60,470 bases of DNA from an uncultured Veillonella sp. (GTDB lineage Bacteria; Bacillota; Negativicutes; Veillonellales; Veillonellaceae): contig NZ_CALLVP010000065.1 of assembly GCF_938010505.1 (NCBI RefSeq), forward strand, positions 1 through 60,470, given 5' to 3'. Shown one piece after another: positions 60,106 to 60,470 of the stretch. The first letter of the stretch is position 1; each line of letters begins with the position of its first letter. Both the position numbers and the translations under genes were made by a program. The notes beneath the pieces are model-generated. The model had not been told where the DNA came from and did not search any database. It was given only the letters and a program-made list of their open reading frames with translations.

Positions 60106-60470
60106 TTAAGCCTCCTTTTGTACTTTTGGCTTAATTGCTTCTAAGCGGAAAATAGGTTGACCTTTTTTACTAAATTTTTCTTCATATTCAGTTTTTACAT
60201 TTGGAAGATCTGTACTATGTAAATCATAAGTTACATTTTTAAGCTCCCAACCGCATTCTTTGAACTCTTCGAGCGAGAACATAAACAAACCTTCATTGTC
60301 TGTCTTGAAGTGAACTTCGCCACCATCTTTCAAAAGACGAGCATAGCGGTCAAGAAATGTGTGATATGTAAGGCGGCGTTTTGCATGTTTCGCCTTAGGC
60401 CAGGGATCACAGAAATTAATATAGAAACGATCAACTTCACCAGGTGCCACTATCTCTTCGATACCTGCAA
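60106..60470 (-). CDS. trmB: tRNA (guanine-N7)-methyltransferase, 5'-partial
   Basis: INF.DPWPK.KH.KRRL, FKTDN, TEYEEKF; the ORF continues past the window edge. Confidence 0.93.
   Translation of the reverse strand, partial: AGIEEIVAPGEVDRFYINFCDPWPKAKHAKRRLTYHTFLDRYARLLKDGGEVHFKTDNEGLFMFSLEEFKECGWELKNVTYDLHSTDLPNVKTEYEEKFSKKGQPIFRLEAIKPKVQKEA

Overview
AT-rich chromosomal segment of a diderm Firmicute, most likely Veillonella (Negativicutes). That call is inferred from Firmicute-type genes and promoters together with a GT9 LPS heptosyltransferase. Most genes are on the minus strand. In order, the window holds: (1) an envelope-stress block (secreted Met/Gln/His-rich protein, HAAS/DUF1700, PadR, HtrA, OmpR-family regulator and histidine kinase) interleaved with three structured, CU-rich candidate small RNAs; (2) a stand-alone OadA/PycB-type carboxyltransferase; (3) a surface-glycan operon and a nitrilase-family amidase; (4) an accessory block with duplicated DUF4178 genes, DUF350 and a membrane spermidine-synthase-like gene, an IS200 remnant and integrase arm-type-like repeats next to tRNA-Asp/Phe/Leu; (5) menFDHBECI with a terminator/antiterminator leader; (6) purECFMNHD with a leader ORF and terminator, two YbjN-like genes, xpt, and LysR divergent from a large purL; (7) fprA, tRNA-Ser, mmuM plus an amino-acid binding lipoprotein, OPT/pepT, MFS, a UDG-like glycosylase, a five-HTH protein, nfeD-floA-yqfB, uraA, ftsW/rodA and partial trmB. 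No CRISPR array or rRNA was seen. The most novel candidates are the TCS/HtrA-linked anti-SD sRNA trio and the two candidate attenuators (men, pur). All calls come from manual reading; no database searches were run.
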